Assembly (NCBI GenBank): GCA_034670305.1
Contig: JAXMNT010000010.1
Span: 126,885-190,884 of the forward strand
Direction: 5' to 3'
Source: Deltaproteobacteria bacterium
Lineage (GTDB): Bacteria; Myxococcota_A; Polyangia; Polyangiales; Houyiibacteriaceae
DNA: 64,000 nucleotides
A program made the position numbers and the translations under genes. Each line of letters begins with the position of its first letter. Positions within the stretch are counted from its first letter, which is position 1. Below the pieces are notes generated by a model. That model saw only the letters and a program-made list of their open reading frames with translations, made no database searches and was not told the origin of the DNA. Positions 19,560 to 29,169 of the stretch are shown here, in pieces.

Positions 19560-20309
19560 ATGGATCTCAAACCCACCGCTGGCAAGACCCGAGTACAAAA
19601 GAGCTCGGTGCGCAGTCCAGGACAGAAGAATAGGGACGCCACAGAGCGCTCTAGGTCCACCAAGGGGTCGGCCAAGGACGGCTCGCTCGACTCGGTGTCG
19701 ACGCCGAAGCAGGCCCGCAGCGAAGAGACGCTGACCAAGATCTTGGATGCCGCAGAGACACTCATCCTCGAGCGAGGTCTCGCCGGGGTGAGCGTGCAGG
19801 ACATCGTGCGCGCCGCGGGGTCGTCGGTGGGCGGGTTCTACGGGCGGTTTCGCGACAAGGGCGAGCTGCTCTTGGCGCTGCACGAGCGACGCCAGCGCGA
19901 CGTGCAGGAACGCATCAGCGACTTGTTGGACTCGGAGTTGCTCGCGAAGGCGAGCGCGCGGGAGGTCGTGCGCGCGTGCGTGAAGATGTTGGTGGCGGAG
20001 ACAGCGTCGCGGCACCGCATGCAGGCCGCGTTTCTTCAGGCGGTGGTCGATCAGCCGGAACGGTGGCTCACTGGGATCCAGTACCGGCAGCGCTTGGTTG
20101 CGATGGTCACCGAGATCCTGCTCGCGCGCCGGGATCAAATCGGCCACCCGGAACCGGAGCGCGCGGTGCCCTTCGCGGTCCAGGCGGCGCTCTCGCTCAT
20201 GGACCAGCGCGCGCTCTTCGGCGACGTGGACGACACCTGGCACACCGTGCGAGACGCCCTCGCCCCCGAACTCGAACGGCTGGTCTGCGCGTACTTGGGT
20301 TTGAGCTGA
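19560..20309 (+). CDS. TetR/AcrR family regulator
   Basis: KQARSEETLTKILDAA...VSVQDIVRAAGSSVGGFYGRFRDK. Confidence 0.92.
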   Translation: MDLKPTAGKTRVQKSSVRSPGQKNRDATERSRSTKGSAKDGSLDSVSTPKQARSEETLTKILDAAETLILERGLAGVSVQDIVRAAGSSVGGFYGRFRDKGELLLALHERRQRDVQERISDLLDSELLAKASAREVVRACVKMLVAETASRHRMQAAFLQAVVDQPERWLTGIQYRQRLVAMVTEILLARRDQIGHPEPERAVPFAVQAALSLMDQRALFGDVDDTWHTVRDALAPELERLVCAYLGLS

Positions 20310-20344
20310 GCGCACGGTTCGGCTGAATCGGACCCGTCGCCGAA

Positions 20345-20753
20345 TCCGCTTCCGAAGCCGACGGCGAAGCCGACGCCGAAGCCGACGCCGAAGCCGACGC
20401 CGACGCCGACGCCGACGCCGAAGCCGACGCCGACGCCGACGCCGACGCCGCTTCCGAAGCCGACGCCGAAGCCGACGCCGACGCCGCTTCCGAAGCCGAC
20501 GCCGAAGCCGACGCCGACGCCGAAGCCGACGCCGAAACCGACGCCGACGCCGAAGCCGAAGCCGACGCCGAAGCCGACGCCGACGCCGCTTCCGAAGCCG
20601 ACACCGCTTCCGCTTCCGACGCGTCCGGTTCCGGTTCCGCTTCCGGCTTCCGCTTCCGGTTCCGGTTCCGGTTCCGGTTCCGCTTTCGGTTCCGGTTCCG
20701 CTTCCGGTTCCGGTTCCGGTTCCGCTTCCGACGCCGCTTCCGCTTCCGCTTCC
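20345..20753. repeat. Bipartite hexamer tract (GCCGA[A/C])n followed by (TTCCG[G/C])n
   Basis: Direct inspection. Confidence 0.95.
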
Positions 20754-20807
20754 GTTGCTGAAATGGCCGGCCGTGGCGTGCGGCGGGGTTTTGCTGCAAC
20801 GTGAGGG

Positions 20808-21881
20808 GTGCTCTCGACGCTTGCCCACCCGACCCTGCTCGCACCGATGGAGGGGATCTCCCATCCGGCGTTCCGTGCACGCGTCGCGGCGCTCGGGGGC
20901 GTGGGTCTGGTGTGCACCGAGTTCGTACGCGTCTCGCGCGCGCCGTTGAGCCACGAGGCGCTCCGCCGGGAAGTCGTTCGTGCGCCAGGCGTGCCGTTGA
21001 GTGTCCAGGTCATGGGCAACGACGCCGACAAGATGGCCGACGCAGCCGGGTGCATCTCCATCGCCGGTGCGGACGTCGTCGACATCAACCTCGGGTGCCC
21101 GATGCCGCGGGTGGTCCGCAAGGGCGTGGGCGCGGCGATGTTGAAGGACCCGGTGCTCCTCTACGAGGTGGTCTCCGCGATGCGGGCTCAGGTCGGTGGC
21201 GCGTTGAGCGCCAAGATCCGGGCTGGCTTCGACGACGCCGACCGTGTCGTCGAGATCGCACGCGTGGTCGAGAAGGCGGGCGTCGACTTCATCGCGGTTC
21301 ACCCACGCCGCCGCAAAGACTTCTACCTCGGGGTCGCGGACTGGCGCATCGTCCGCACCCTGGTCGACGCGCTCGATGTGCCCGTCGTCGGCAACGGCGA
21401 CGTCTGGTACGCGGCGGACATCCTGCGGATGCAAGAAGAGACCGGCTGCGCGGCGGTGATGGTCGGCCGACCGGCGATCCGCAACCCATGGATCTTCGCC
21501 CAGGCCGCAGCGCTCGCCGAGGGCCGAGCCCCGGTGGAGGTCTCGGGACGCGACGTGGTCGGGTGGCTGGAAGCGCTCGCGGGAGATTTCCGAGGCGCGC
21601 GCAAAAGCAACGGTCGGCGCGGCAAGAACAAACGCAAAGGCAACCTCGCCGGCAAGCTCAAGGAGATGCTGAGCTTCCTCGCGCGCGCGGTGCCGGATGG
21701 AGGCGTATTCAAGACGGCCGTGCTGCGCGCGCCCGATGCGGAGGCCGTGCTCGAGGTGTGCGAGGCCATGCTCGGACCCCTCGCACCGGTGGAGCTCGAT
21801 CTCGACGCCCACGGCCGGCACGCGCTCGAGCACAGCGGCTCGGTCGAAATCGACGACCGTCCGATCGCCGAAGCGAGCTGA
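20808..21881 (+). CDS. tRNA-dihydrouridine synthase (DusC-like)
   Basis: LAPMEG, CTEFVRV, DINLGCP, VHPR, GNGDV, VMVGR. Confidence 0.9.
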   Translation: MLSTLAHPTLLAPMEGISHPAFRARVAALGGVGLVCTEFVRVSRAPLSHEALRREVVRAPGVPLSVQVMGNDADKMADAAGCISIAGADVVDINLGCPMPRVVRKGVGAAMLKDPVLLYEVVSAMRAQVGGALSAKIRAGFDDADRVVEIARVVEKAGVDFIAVHPRRRKDFYLGVADWRIVRTLVDALDVPVVGNGDVWYAADILRMQEETGCAAVMVGRPAIRNPWIFAQAAALAEGRAPVEVSGRDVVGWLEALAGDFRGARKSNGRRGKNKRKGNLAGKLKEMLSFLARAVPDGGVFKTAVLRAPDAEAVLEVCEAMLGPLAPVELDLDAHGRHALEHSGSVEIDDRPIAEAS

Positions 21882-21891
21882 ACGGGTCGGG

Positions 21892-22752
21892 CTACGACGT
21901 CTGTTCGGCTGAACGCGGCGGCGGGCTGAGGGCGACGAGCGTGCCGCAGCCGCCGTTGGCTTCGAGCCGGGCCGCCGAACTCATGCGCACTACCAGCCCC
22001 TGGGCGCGCAGTCGTTCGTACGCCGCTTCGTAGCGTGCCCGCGAGACCGGCTTCTGGCTGGAGGTGCGGACCGGGTTGTACGCGAACAGGTGCACCGCCA
22101 CCCCGAGCGGCACCGCCCGCGCCGCGAACGCGTCGAGCTCGGAATCCTCCGCGCTCACGCCTTGCATCATCAGGTACGCGAGCGCGACCTTCTTGCGGCG
22201 TTTGCGCGTCAAGGTCGGCAGTACCGACTCGAGCAACCCGAAGAGGGGCTCGAGCGCCGGCCCGTGCGGCACGAGTTGTTTTCGCACCGCTTCGGTGCCG
22301 GCGTGCACGCTGAGGGTGATGCCGTTGTGCGGCACCGTCTCGAGCCAAGTGCGCAACCTGGGCAGCGGCCCGCCCGACGTCGTGAGGCTTGCCTTCAGGT
22401 TCTGTTTGCACGCCCACTCCACGAACCGAGTGGTCACCGCGTGGTTGTGCAGGGGCTCCCCGATGCCCGAGAGGGTGAGCCGCTGCAGCGGGTGGCGCGC
22501 GTGCACCAATCGAACGGTGTCCGTCATCTCCCCGAGCGTGAGCTGGCGGCCGAGGCCCTTGGCGCCCGAGGCACAGAAGGGACATCCCACCGCGCAGCCG
22601 ACTTGAGTCGACACACAGAGCGTGTCCCCTCGGTAGAGCACCGCTTCGACGCGGGATCCGTCGTTGAGTCGGATGCCGAACCGCCGGTTCTGTTCACCGA
22701 CCTCCTCGGACTCGATGCGCGCTTCGAGCGGCCGGTCGCGGGGCAAGTCCAC
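21892..22752 (-). CDS. RlmN/Cfr-like radical SAM enzyme, short form
   Basis: TLCVSTQVGCAVGCPFCAS, SGIGEPLHN, LSVHA, GGCGTL. Confidence 0.85.
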   Translation of the reverse strand: MDLPRDRPLEARIESEEVGEQNRRFGIRLNDGSRVEAVLYRGDTLCVSTQVGCAVGCPFCASGAKGLGRQLTLGEMTDTVRLVHARHPLQRLTLSGIGEPLHNHAVTTRFVEWACKQNLKASLTTSGGPLPRLRTWLETVPHNGITLSVHAGTEAVRKQLVPHGPALEPLFGLLESVLPTLTRKRRKKVALAYLMMQGVSAEDSELDAFAARAVPLGVAVHLFAYNPVRTSSQKPVSRARYEAAYERLRAQGLVVRMSSAARLEANGGCGTLVALSPPPRSAEQTS

Positions 22753-22808
22753 AACGCGTACCTATCACGGAATGGGGGTCCGGTTCTCACGTGTTGGCGC
22801 ACGACCTC

Positions 22809-23447
22809 ATGCGTGTCCGATCCCTCGTGCTGGCGTCCGCCTTCGCCGTGTCCCTGCTCTTCGCGCGAATGCTGTGGACCCAGACGTTCCTGTTCGCGTT
22901 TCTGCTCTGGAACCTCTTTCTCGCCTGGATGCCAGTGCTCATCGCGTGGCCCGAGCGCCGCGAGATCGCGACTGCCAAACGGCTCCCTCGAAGCTTCTGG
23001 GCGCGTGCGATCGCGTGGCTCTTGTTCTTCCCGAACGCTCCCTATCTGGTGACGGACTTCGCCCATCTCGGCAGCCACCGCGTGCCGCGCCAGGTGGACG
23101 TCGCGCTCCTGGCGTCGTTTGCGTGGGCGGGGCTGCTCGCTGGCTGTTTGTCCCTGCACTGGATCCATGGCCGCATCCGCGCCCACCACGGTCTGTGGCC
23201 CGGCCGGCTGTTCGTGTTGGCGGCGTGCGGACTGGCCGGCTTCGGGATCGCACTCGGCCGACAGCTCCGTTTCAACAGCTGGGACATCGTGACCGATCCC
23301 TTGCCGCTGCTCCGGGCGATCGCCGGGCTCTTTCTGCAACCCCGGCTCCACTTCGAGTCCTGGTCGGTGGCGGTGCTCTTCGGCGCCCTGCTCTGGGTGG
23401 TCTACCTGGGCGTCGCGCAGCCCAGATCGCTCGTGCGTTCGTCCTAG
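22809..23447 (+). CDS. DUF1361-like membrane protein
   Basis: WNLFLAWMP, WLLFFPNAPYLVTD, LRFNSWD. Confidence 0.8.
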   Translation: MRVRSLVLASAFAVSLLFARMLWTQTFLFAFLLWNLFLAWMPVLIAWPERREIATAKRLPRSFWARAIAWLLFFPNAPYLVTDFAHLGSHRVPRQVDVALLASFAWAGLLAGCLSLHWIHGRIRAHHGLWPGRLFVLAACGLAGFGIALGRQLRFNSWDIVTDPLPLLRAIAGLFLQPRLHFESWSVAVLFGALLWVVYLGVAQPRSLVRSS

Positions 23448-23560
23448 AGCGCTCTGGAGCGTCGGTATGGATCGGGTGGCAAGACGGGCCCGGAAGAAGT
23501 GCTAAGGTCGCCGCCCTGCCGGCCGGCCGTTCGTGGAGCCGTCCGACACACGGAGGACCT

Positions 23561-25351
23561 ATGAGCGAGTTCAAGCCGCGCTTCGCAAACCTGGTGGAGA
23601 TCTTCGAACACGCCACCGGCGCGTTCGCGGAGCGGCCCCTCTTCGGCGTGAAGAAGAACGGCGCGTGGAACTGGATGACCTACGGGACGTTCCGGACCCA
23701 GACCGACGCGATCCGAGGCGCACTCGCGGGCATGGACATCGGACCGGGCGACGTCGTTGCCGTCATCTCGAACAACCGCCCCGAGTGGGCGATCGCCGCG
23801 TACGCCACCTACGGGCGCGCTGCGTCCTACGTACCGATGTACGAGAACATGCTCCCGAAAGACTGGGAGTTCATTCTCTCGGACTGCAAAGCCAAGGTGC
23901 TCTTCGTCGCGAACGCCGAAGTCGCCACGAAGCTGGCCACCGTCCGTGCCCAGCTGCCCGACCTGAAGACCGTGGTGGTGATGGATGGAGATCCACCGGG
24001 GGACGAGATCCGCTTCGCCGACCTGCTCGCCACCGAACCGGTGCCGCTCGAGACGCCCGACACGAAAGCGATCGCGGGGTTCATCTACACCTCGGGCACG
24101 ACCGGCAAACCCAAGGGTGTGCTGCTCACCCACGCGAACCTCGCGAGCAACGTGTCGGCGATTCACGAGTTCTTCCCGATGACGCCCGAAGACCGCTCGC
24201 TGAGCTTCCTGCCGTGGGCCCACAGCTTCGGGCAGACGTGCGAACTCCACGGGCTCTTCTCGATGGGCGCCTCGATGGGCATCGCCGAAGCGGTCGACAA
24301 GATCGTCGCGAACCTCTCCGAAGTGCAGCCCACCCTGCTCTTCAGCGTGCCGCGCATCTTCAACCGCATCTACGACGGCCTGCACAAACGCATGGCCGAA
24401 GAAGGCGGCTACAAACTCGCGATGTTCAACGCGGCCGTGAAGAATGCGGACTACCGCAAGGACCTCGCCGACAGCCGCAAGCGGAGCGGCTGGGCGGATT
24501 TCAAACACGGCATCTTCGACAAGCTCGTGTTCTCCAAAGTGCGCGACCGTTTCGGCGGCCGGCTCAAGTACGCGTTCAGCGGCGGCGCCGCGCTCAGCAA
24601 GGACGTCGCCCAGTTCATCGACAACCTCGGCATCATGGTTTACGAGGGCTACGGCCTGACCGAGACCTCGCCCATCGCCACCGCCAACAGTCCGAGCGGG
24701 CGCAAGATCGGGTCGATCGGCAAACCGATCCCGGGCGTGCGGATCGAAATCGATCGCGAAGTCACCGGCGACCCGAAGCACGGCGAGATCATCGTGTTCG
24801 GTCACAACGTCATGCAGGGCTACCACGGGCTCGACGAAGAGAACGCGAAGGTGTTCGTCGAACGCGATGGAGAACGTGGCTTCCGCACCGGCGACATGGG
24901 CTACGTGGACGGAGACGGATTCGTCTACATCAGCGGCCGCATCAAGGAGCAGTACAAGCTGCTCAACGGCAAGTACGTCGTGCCGACGCCGCTCGAGGAG
25001 AAGATCAAACTCTCCCGGTTCATCAGCAACGTCATGGTCTACGGCATGAACCAGAACTTCAACGTCGCGGTCGTCATCCCGGACATGGAGTCCCTCGGCG
25101 CATGGGCGGCCGAGAAGGGACTCCCGACCGACCTGAAGAGCCTCGCGGACAACGCAGACGTGAAGCAGCTCCTGCAGGCCGAGATCGACGAGCTCTCCGC
25201 AGAGTTCAAGCAGTACGAGAAGGTCCGGAAGTTCGCCATCGGCGACGAAGACTTCACGCCCGAGAACGGCATGCTGACACCGACCCTGAAGCTCAAACGC
25301 CGCATCGTGCTCCAGCACTACCAGCCGGTCATCGACGCCCTCTACGCGTAG
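23561..25351 (+). CDS. Long-chain fatty acid-CoA ligase (AMP-binding)
   Basis: GGAGG RBS; IYTSGTTGKPKG, EGYGLTET, FRTGD, LTPTLKLKR. Confidence 0.93.
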   Translation: MSEFKPRFANLVEIFEHATGAFAERPLFGVKKNGAWNWMTYGTFRTQTDAIRGALAGMDIGPGDVVAVISNNRPEWAIAAYATYGRAASYVPMYENMLPKDWEFILSDCKAKVLFVANAEVATKLATVRAQLPDLKTVVVMDGDPPGDEIRFADLLATEPVPLETPDTKAIAGFIYTSGTTGKPKGVLLTHANLASNVSAIHEFFPMTPEDRSLSFLPWAHSFGQTCELHGLFSMGASMGIAEAVDKIVANLSEVQPTLLFSVPRIFNRIYDGLHKRMAEEGGYKLAMFNAAVKNADYRKDLADSRKRSGWADFKHGIFDKLVFSKVRDRFGGRLKYAFSGGAALSKDVAQFIDNLGIMVYEGYGLTETSPIATANSPSGRKIGSIGKPIPGVRIEIDREVTGDPKHGEIIVFGHNVMQGYHGLDEENAKVFVERDGERGFRTGDMGYVDGDGFVYISGRIKEQYKLLNGKYVVPTPLEEKIKLSRFISNVMVYGMNQNFNVAVVIPDMESLGAWAAEKGLPTDLKSLADNADVKQLLQAEIDELSAEFKQYEKVRKFAIGDEDFTPENGMLTPTLKLKRRIVLQHYQPVIDALYA

Positions 25352-25363
25352 TCGAGCTCCGCT

Positions 25364-25630
25364 CTACAGAACGAGTAGGCCGAGGGCTTCGCAGTCGCGG
25401 CGGAGCACCGCGCTTGGCGGGACCTCGCCTAGACCGAGCCGCCTGGACAGCTCGCGCGCCGCCGCTTTGACCTCTAGCCGGGTCGGCACATCGGTCGCGT
25501 GCTCGCGCACTTCGCACTTGGCGCGGGCCAGCCGCCAGGCCGCAGCTGCGAGGCCGCCGGCTTGGTCGAGCAGGTCCGAATAGCCGCGCTCGGACTGGGT
25601 CATCTCCAGGAGCCACTCTACCGGTCGCAT
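25364..25630 (-). CDS. Small hypothetical protein (88 aa)
   Basis: GGAGGTGA Shine-Dalgarno upstream of ATG; fills the gap between genes. Confidence 0.65.
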   Translation of the reverse strand: MRPVEWLLEMTQSERGYSDLLDQAGGLAAAAWRLARAKCEVREHATDVPTRLEVKAAARELSRRLGLGEVPPSAVLRRDCEALGLLVL

Positions 25631-25766
25631 GTCTCACCTCCGATCCGGAGAAGCCCGCCCGCCGCCCCGGTCTCACTAAGACGCGGCAAGCGCGCTCGAA
25701 AGTCAAAAAAGTGGCGCACTTCTCTGTTGCTCGCCACGACCCTGACTCGCTTCGCATGCCACGATG

Positions 25767-26246
25767 TCACCGCGCGGGGATGCGGTGGCCGCGGTCGATC
25801 TGCGCGACCCCGCGTGCGTTGCCGATGGGGCTCGTGACGGAGAGTTCGATGCGCCAACTCGACTGGTTCTGCATGGAGGCCGGAAGCTGAAACCCGACGG
25901 TGATCGGCACCGACCCGTGGGCCGGGACCCGGACGACGCGTCGATCGATCGGCCCGCCCGGCCGGTGGTGCACGCCGCGGACCTGCGCCGGGATGCGCAT
26001 GCCGTTGTCCAGGACGAGCACCTGATGGACGAACACGTCCACGGCTTCGTCTCCGTCGTTGTGAATGGTGTAGAACGCCGACGCCGGTCCGCCTTGGTGG
26101 GTCACCGTCGAGGGCAGGCCTTCGACCCGCAAGAGGATGGGGCCGGGCACCACGTCGGCCAACGCTTGGCCGCCCCAAAAACCCGCGAACAGGGTCGCGG
26201 CGCCAAGGCACAGCGCGGCCTGCTGGAAGAACGTTCGTCGTCGCAT
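25767..26246 (-). CDS. Secreted hypothetical protein with Tat-like signal
   Basis: MRRRTFFQQAALCLGAATLFAG...ALA signal followed by a beta-rich domain. Confidence 0.6.
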   Translation of the reverse strand: MRRRTFFQQAALCLGAATLFAGFWGGQALADVVPGPILLRVEGLPSTVTHQGGPASAFYTIHNDGDEAVDVFVHQVLVLDNGMRIPAQVRGVHHRPGGPIDRRVVRVPAHGSVPITVGFQLPASMQNQSSWRIELSVTSPIGNARGVAQIDRGHRIPAR

Positions 26247-26281
26247 GAAGGTTGGAACCCTGGGTGCGGTCGCGGCTTGGG

Positions 26282-27718
26282 TCACAGTCCGACGCAGACG
26301 TATTTGAGCTCGGTCCACTCGTCGAGGCCGTGCTTCGAACCCTCGCGCCCGAGCCCGCTCTCCTTGATGCCGCCGAAGGGCGCGACCGTCGTGCTCATCG
26401 CGCCGGTGTTCACGCCGACCATGCCGTACTCGAGCGCTTCGCTCACCCGAGTCACCCGGCCGATGTCGCGGCTGAAGAAGTAGGAGGCGAGACCCATCGG
26501 CGTGTCGTTCGCGATTCGGATCGCTTCCTCTTCGGTGTCGAACTTGGTGAGCCCAGCGACCGGGCCGAAGGTCTCTTCGTTGGCCATCTGCATGTCCATC
26601 GTCACGCCTTCGAGCAGCGTCGGTTGAAAGAACGTGCCGCCCCGTTCGTGCCGTGCTGCGCCGACCCGCACCGTCGCGCCGCACCCGCGCGCGTCTTCGA
26701 TGTGGGCTTCGACTTTCTTCAGTCCGCCCTCGTCGATCAGCGGACCTACGTCCGTGCCTTCTTCGATGCCGGCGCCGACCCGGAGGCCTGCGACGCGCGC
26801 CGCCATCGCATCGGCGAACTTCGCGTACACACCGGCCTGCACGAGGATGCGGTTCGCGGCCACGCACACCTGACCGGCGTTGCGGAACTTGGCGACCATC
26901 ACCCCATCGACCGCCGCGTCGACGTCCGCGTCGTCGAACACGATGAGCGGCGCGTTGCCGCCGAGCTCGAGGCTGACCTTCTTGATGGTCGACGCGCACT
27001 GAGCGAGGAGGATCTTGCCGACCGCGGTCGAGCCCGTGAAGCTGAGTTTTCGAACCCGCGGATCGCTCGTGAGCACCCCGCCGATCGTGGCGGCGTCTTC
27101 GCGCGCCCCCGGCACCACGTTGAACACGCCCGCCGGCACGCCCGCTTCGTGGGCGAGCTGCGCGAACGCGAGCGCAGAGAGGGGCGTGGCCTCCGCGGGT
27201 TTGAGCACGAAGGTGCATCCCGCCGCCAGCGCCGGTGCGAGTTTGCGGGCCGGCATCGCGCTCGGGAAGTTCCACGGGGTGATGCCGGCGGCCGTGCCCA
27301 CCGCTTGGCGGATCACGTGCAGCCGCCGGTCGCGCCACGGAGACGGGATGGTCTCGCCGTACTGGCGCGGCGCTTCGGAGGCGAACCAGTCGAGGAACGA
27401 CGCCGCGTACCGGATCTCTCCCCGGGCTTCCCCCAGCGGCTTGCCCTGCTCCCGGGTCAGGAGCGCCGCGAGGTCGTCCTCGTGGCGGTGAAGCAACTGT
27501 TCCAGCCGACGCATGATCTTGGCGCGCTCGATCGCCGGTGTGCTTCGCCATGCGGGCAGCGCGGCTTCGGCAGCGTCGATCGCTTGGCGTGTGAGCGCTT
27601 CGGTCGACCGGGCGACCTGCGCCACGACATCACCGGTGGAGGGATCGAACACCGGAAAGGTCTCGTCGGCCGAAACCCAGGACCCGTCGATGAACGCGTT
27701 CGTGTTCAGGAGCTTCAT
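26282..27718 (-). CDS. gabD: NAD(P)-dependent succinate-semialdehyde dehydrogenase
   Basis: ITPWNFP, SFTGST, LELGGNAP, FRNAGQVC, EETFGP, PFGGIKESGLGREGS. Confidence 0.9.
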   Translation of the reverse strand: MKLLNTNAFIDGSWVSADETFPVFDPSTGDVVAQVARSTEALTRQAIDAAEAALPAWRSTPAIERAKIMRRLEQLLHRHEDDLAALLTREQGKPLGEARGEIRYAASFLDWFASEAPRQYGETIPSPWRDRRLHVIRQAVGTAAGITPWNFPSAMPARKLAPALAAGCTFVLKPAEATPLSALAFAQLAHEAGVPAGVFNVVPGAREDAATIGGVLTSDPRVRKLSFTGSTAVGKILLAQCASTIKKVSLELGGNAPLIVFDDADVDAAVDGVMVAKFRNAGQVCVAANRILVQAGVYAKFADAMAARVAGLRVGAGIEEGTDVGPLIDEGGLKKVEAHIEDARGCGATVRVGAARHERGGTFFQPTLLEGVTMDMQMANEETFGPVAGLTKFDTEEEAIRIANDTPMGLASYFFSRDIGRVTRVSEALEYGMVGVNTGAMSTTVAPFGGIKESGLGREGSKHGLDEWTELKYVCVGL

Positions 27719-27735
27719 GGCGCGGAGGATACCGC

Positions 27736-28932
27736 TCACTGGGCGAGCGCGCCGGGCAACGCCTCGAGGAGCCGTTCGTACTCCGGGACCATGTTGTACG
27801 GCCCGGCGCTCAAACGGATCAGCCGCTTCGGCGGCTTCGGCCATGGAATGACCGGCACTTCGACGCGGGCCACCTCGTAGAGGCGCCGTTGCAGTGGATC
27901 CGCGTAGAGCGCGTTCGTGGGCGGCGCACCGTCGCCGTCCGGCAGGGGCAGCGAAGCGAGCAACCCGATCATGTCGTCGGGCGCCGGCACGGAGACACCG
28001 AGCGCGTCGGCGAGCAACCGTCGTTGTTCGAGCAGCATCGTGCGCTGCTTCTCACGGCGCGCACCGAACGCGCCGATCGACTCCAAGAATTCGATCGCAG
28101 CCGGCACGCACAAGAGCGGCGTCGGATCGCTGGTGCCGGTCCAGTCGAAGGTCTCGAGGTACCGCGAACGCGCGCGCGGCGAGTGGTAGCCGTGGCTGAC
28201 GCAGGTGGGCACGACGTCGCCCTGCAGATCGCGGCGCACGTGAAGCAGGCCGGACGCTTTGGGCGCACACATCCACTTGTGGAAGTTGCCCGTGTAGTAG
28301 CCGGCGCCGAGCGCCTCGAGGTCGAGATCCAGCATGCCCGGACCATGCGCACCGTCGATGAGGGTCTCGACGCCGCGTTCCCTGAGCGCGGCGACGATCT
28401 TCTCGATCGGGAGGACGAGGCCGGTCGGACTCGTGACGTGATCGAGCACCACCAAACGCGTTCGATCGGTCACCGCCGCGAGCACCGCTTCGACGACCTG
28501 CGCCTTGTCGCTGATCGGAAATGGGACGTCGGCCACCACCCGCTTCGCGCCGGCACGCTCGCAGACGTACTCGACGCAATGGTTCACCGCGCCGTAGCCG
28601 TGCGACGTGATGACGACCTCGTCGCCGGTATCGAGGCGCAACGAACGCAGCACGGCATTGCAGCCGTCGGTCGCGTTGCGCACGAAGACGAGGTCTTCGG
28701 GATCACAGTGCACGAACGATGCAACTCGGGTCCGGACCGCGGCGAGTTGGGGCTCGAGCTCGTGAAGGAAGAACCGGACTGGCTCCGCTTCCATCTGCCC
28801 ACGAAGGCGGGTCTGCGTCTCGAGCACGACTCGGGGACACGCACCAAACGAACCGTGGTTGAGGAACGAGACGTCCCCGTCCAGGGTCCATCGGGTGCGG
28901 ATGGGTGCCCGCCGGTCGGTCGTGGTGGCCAT
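27736..28932 (-). CDS. PLP-dependent class V aminotransferase (isopenicillin-N epimerase / C-S lyase-like)
   Basis: FLNHGSFGACP, DHVTSPTG, IDGAH, GNFHKW. Confidence 0.88.
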   Translation of the reverse strand: MATTTDRRAPIRTRWTLDGDVSFLNHGSFGACPRVVLETQTRLRGQMEAEPVRFFLHELEPQLAAVRTRVASFVHCDPEDLVFVRNATDGCNAVLRSLRLDTGDEVVITSHGYGAVNHCVEYVCERAGAKRVVADVPFPISDKAQVVEAVLAAVTDRTRLVVLDHVTSPTGLVLPIEKIVAALRERGVETLIDGAHGPGMLDLDLEALGAGYYTGNFHKWMCAPKASGLLHVRRDLQGDVVPTCVSHGYHSPRARSRYLETFDWTGTSDPTPLLCVPAAIEFLESIGAFGARREKQRTMLLEQRRLLADALGVSVPAPDDMIGLLASLPLPDGDGAPPTNALYADPLQRRLYEVARVEVPVIPWPKPPKRLIRLSAGPYNMVPEYERLLEALPGALAQ

Positions 28933-29169
28933 GGAATGGAGAACCACATGCCGTCCCACCTGGCAACCGACACGCGTGTCCGTCGGGACTTCGAGGCGTC
29001 GATGGCTCGGCCCATCGGTGGCGACTCGATCCGCCAGTGGGGTCCACGATCCCCCATGCGCAGCGCCTCCGGCGGAACCGAGTGCAGCCGATCTCCACGG
29101 GAAATGGTGTGAGAACCCCACCTGCCAGGGACTTTCCCGCTGGCACGAGGCGTGCTTTAGTGGCCGGAT

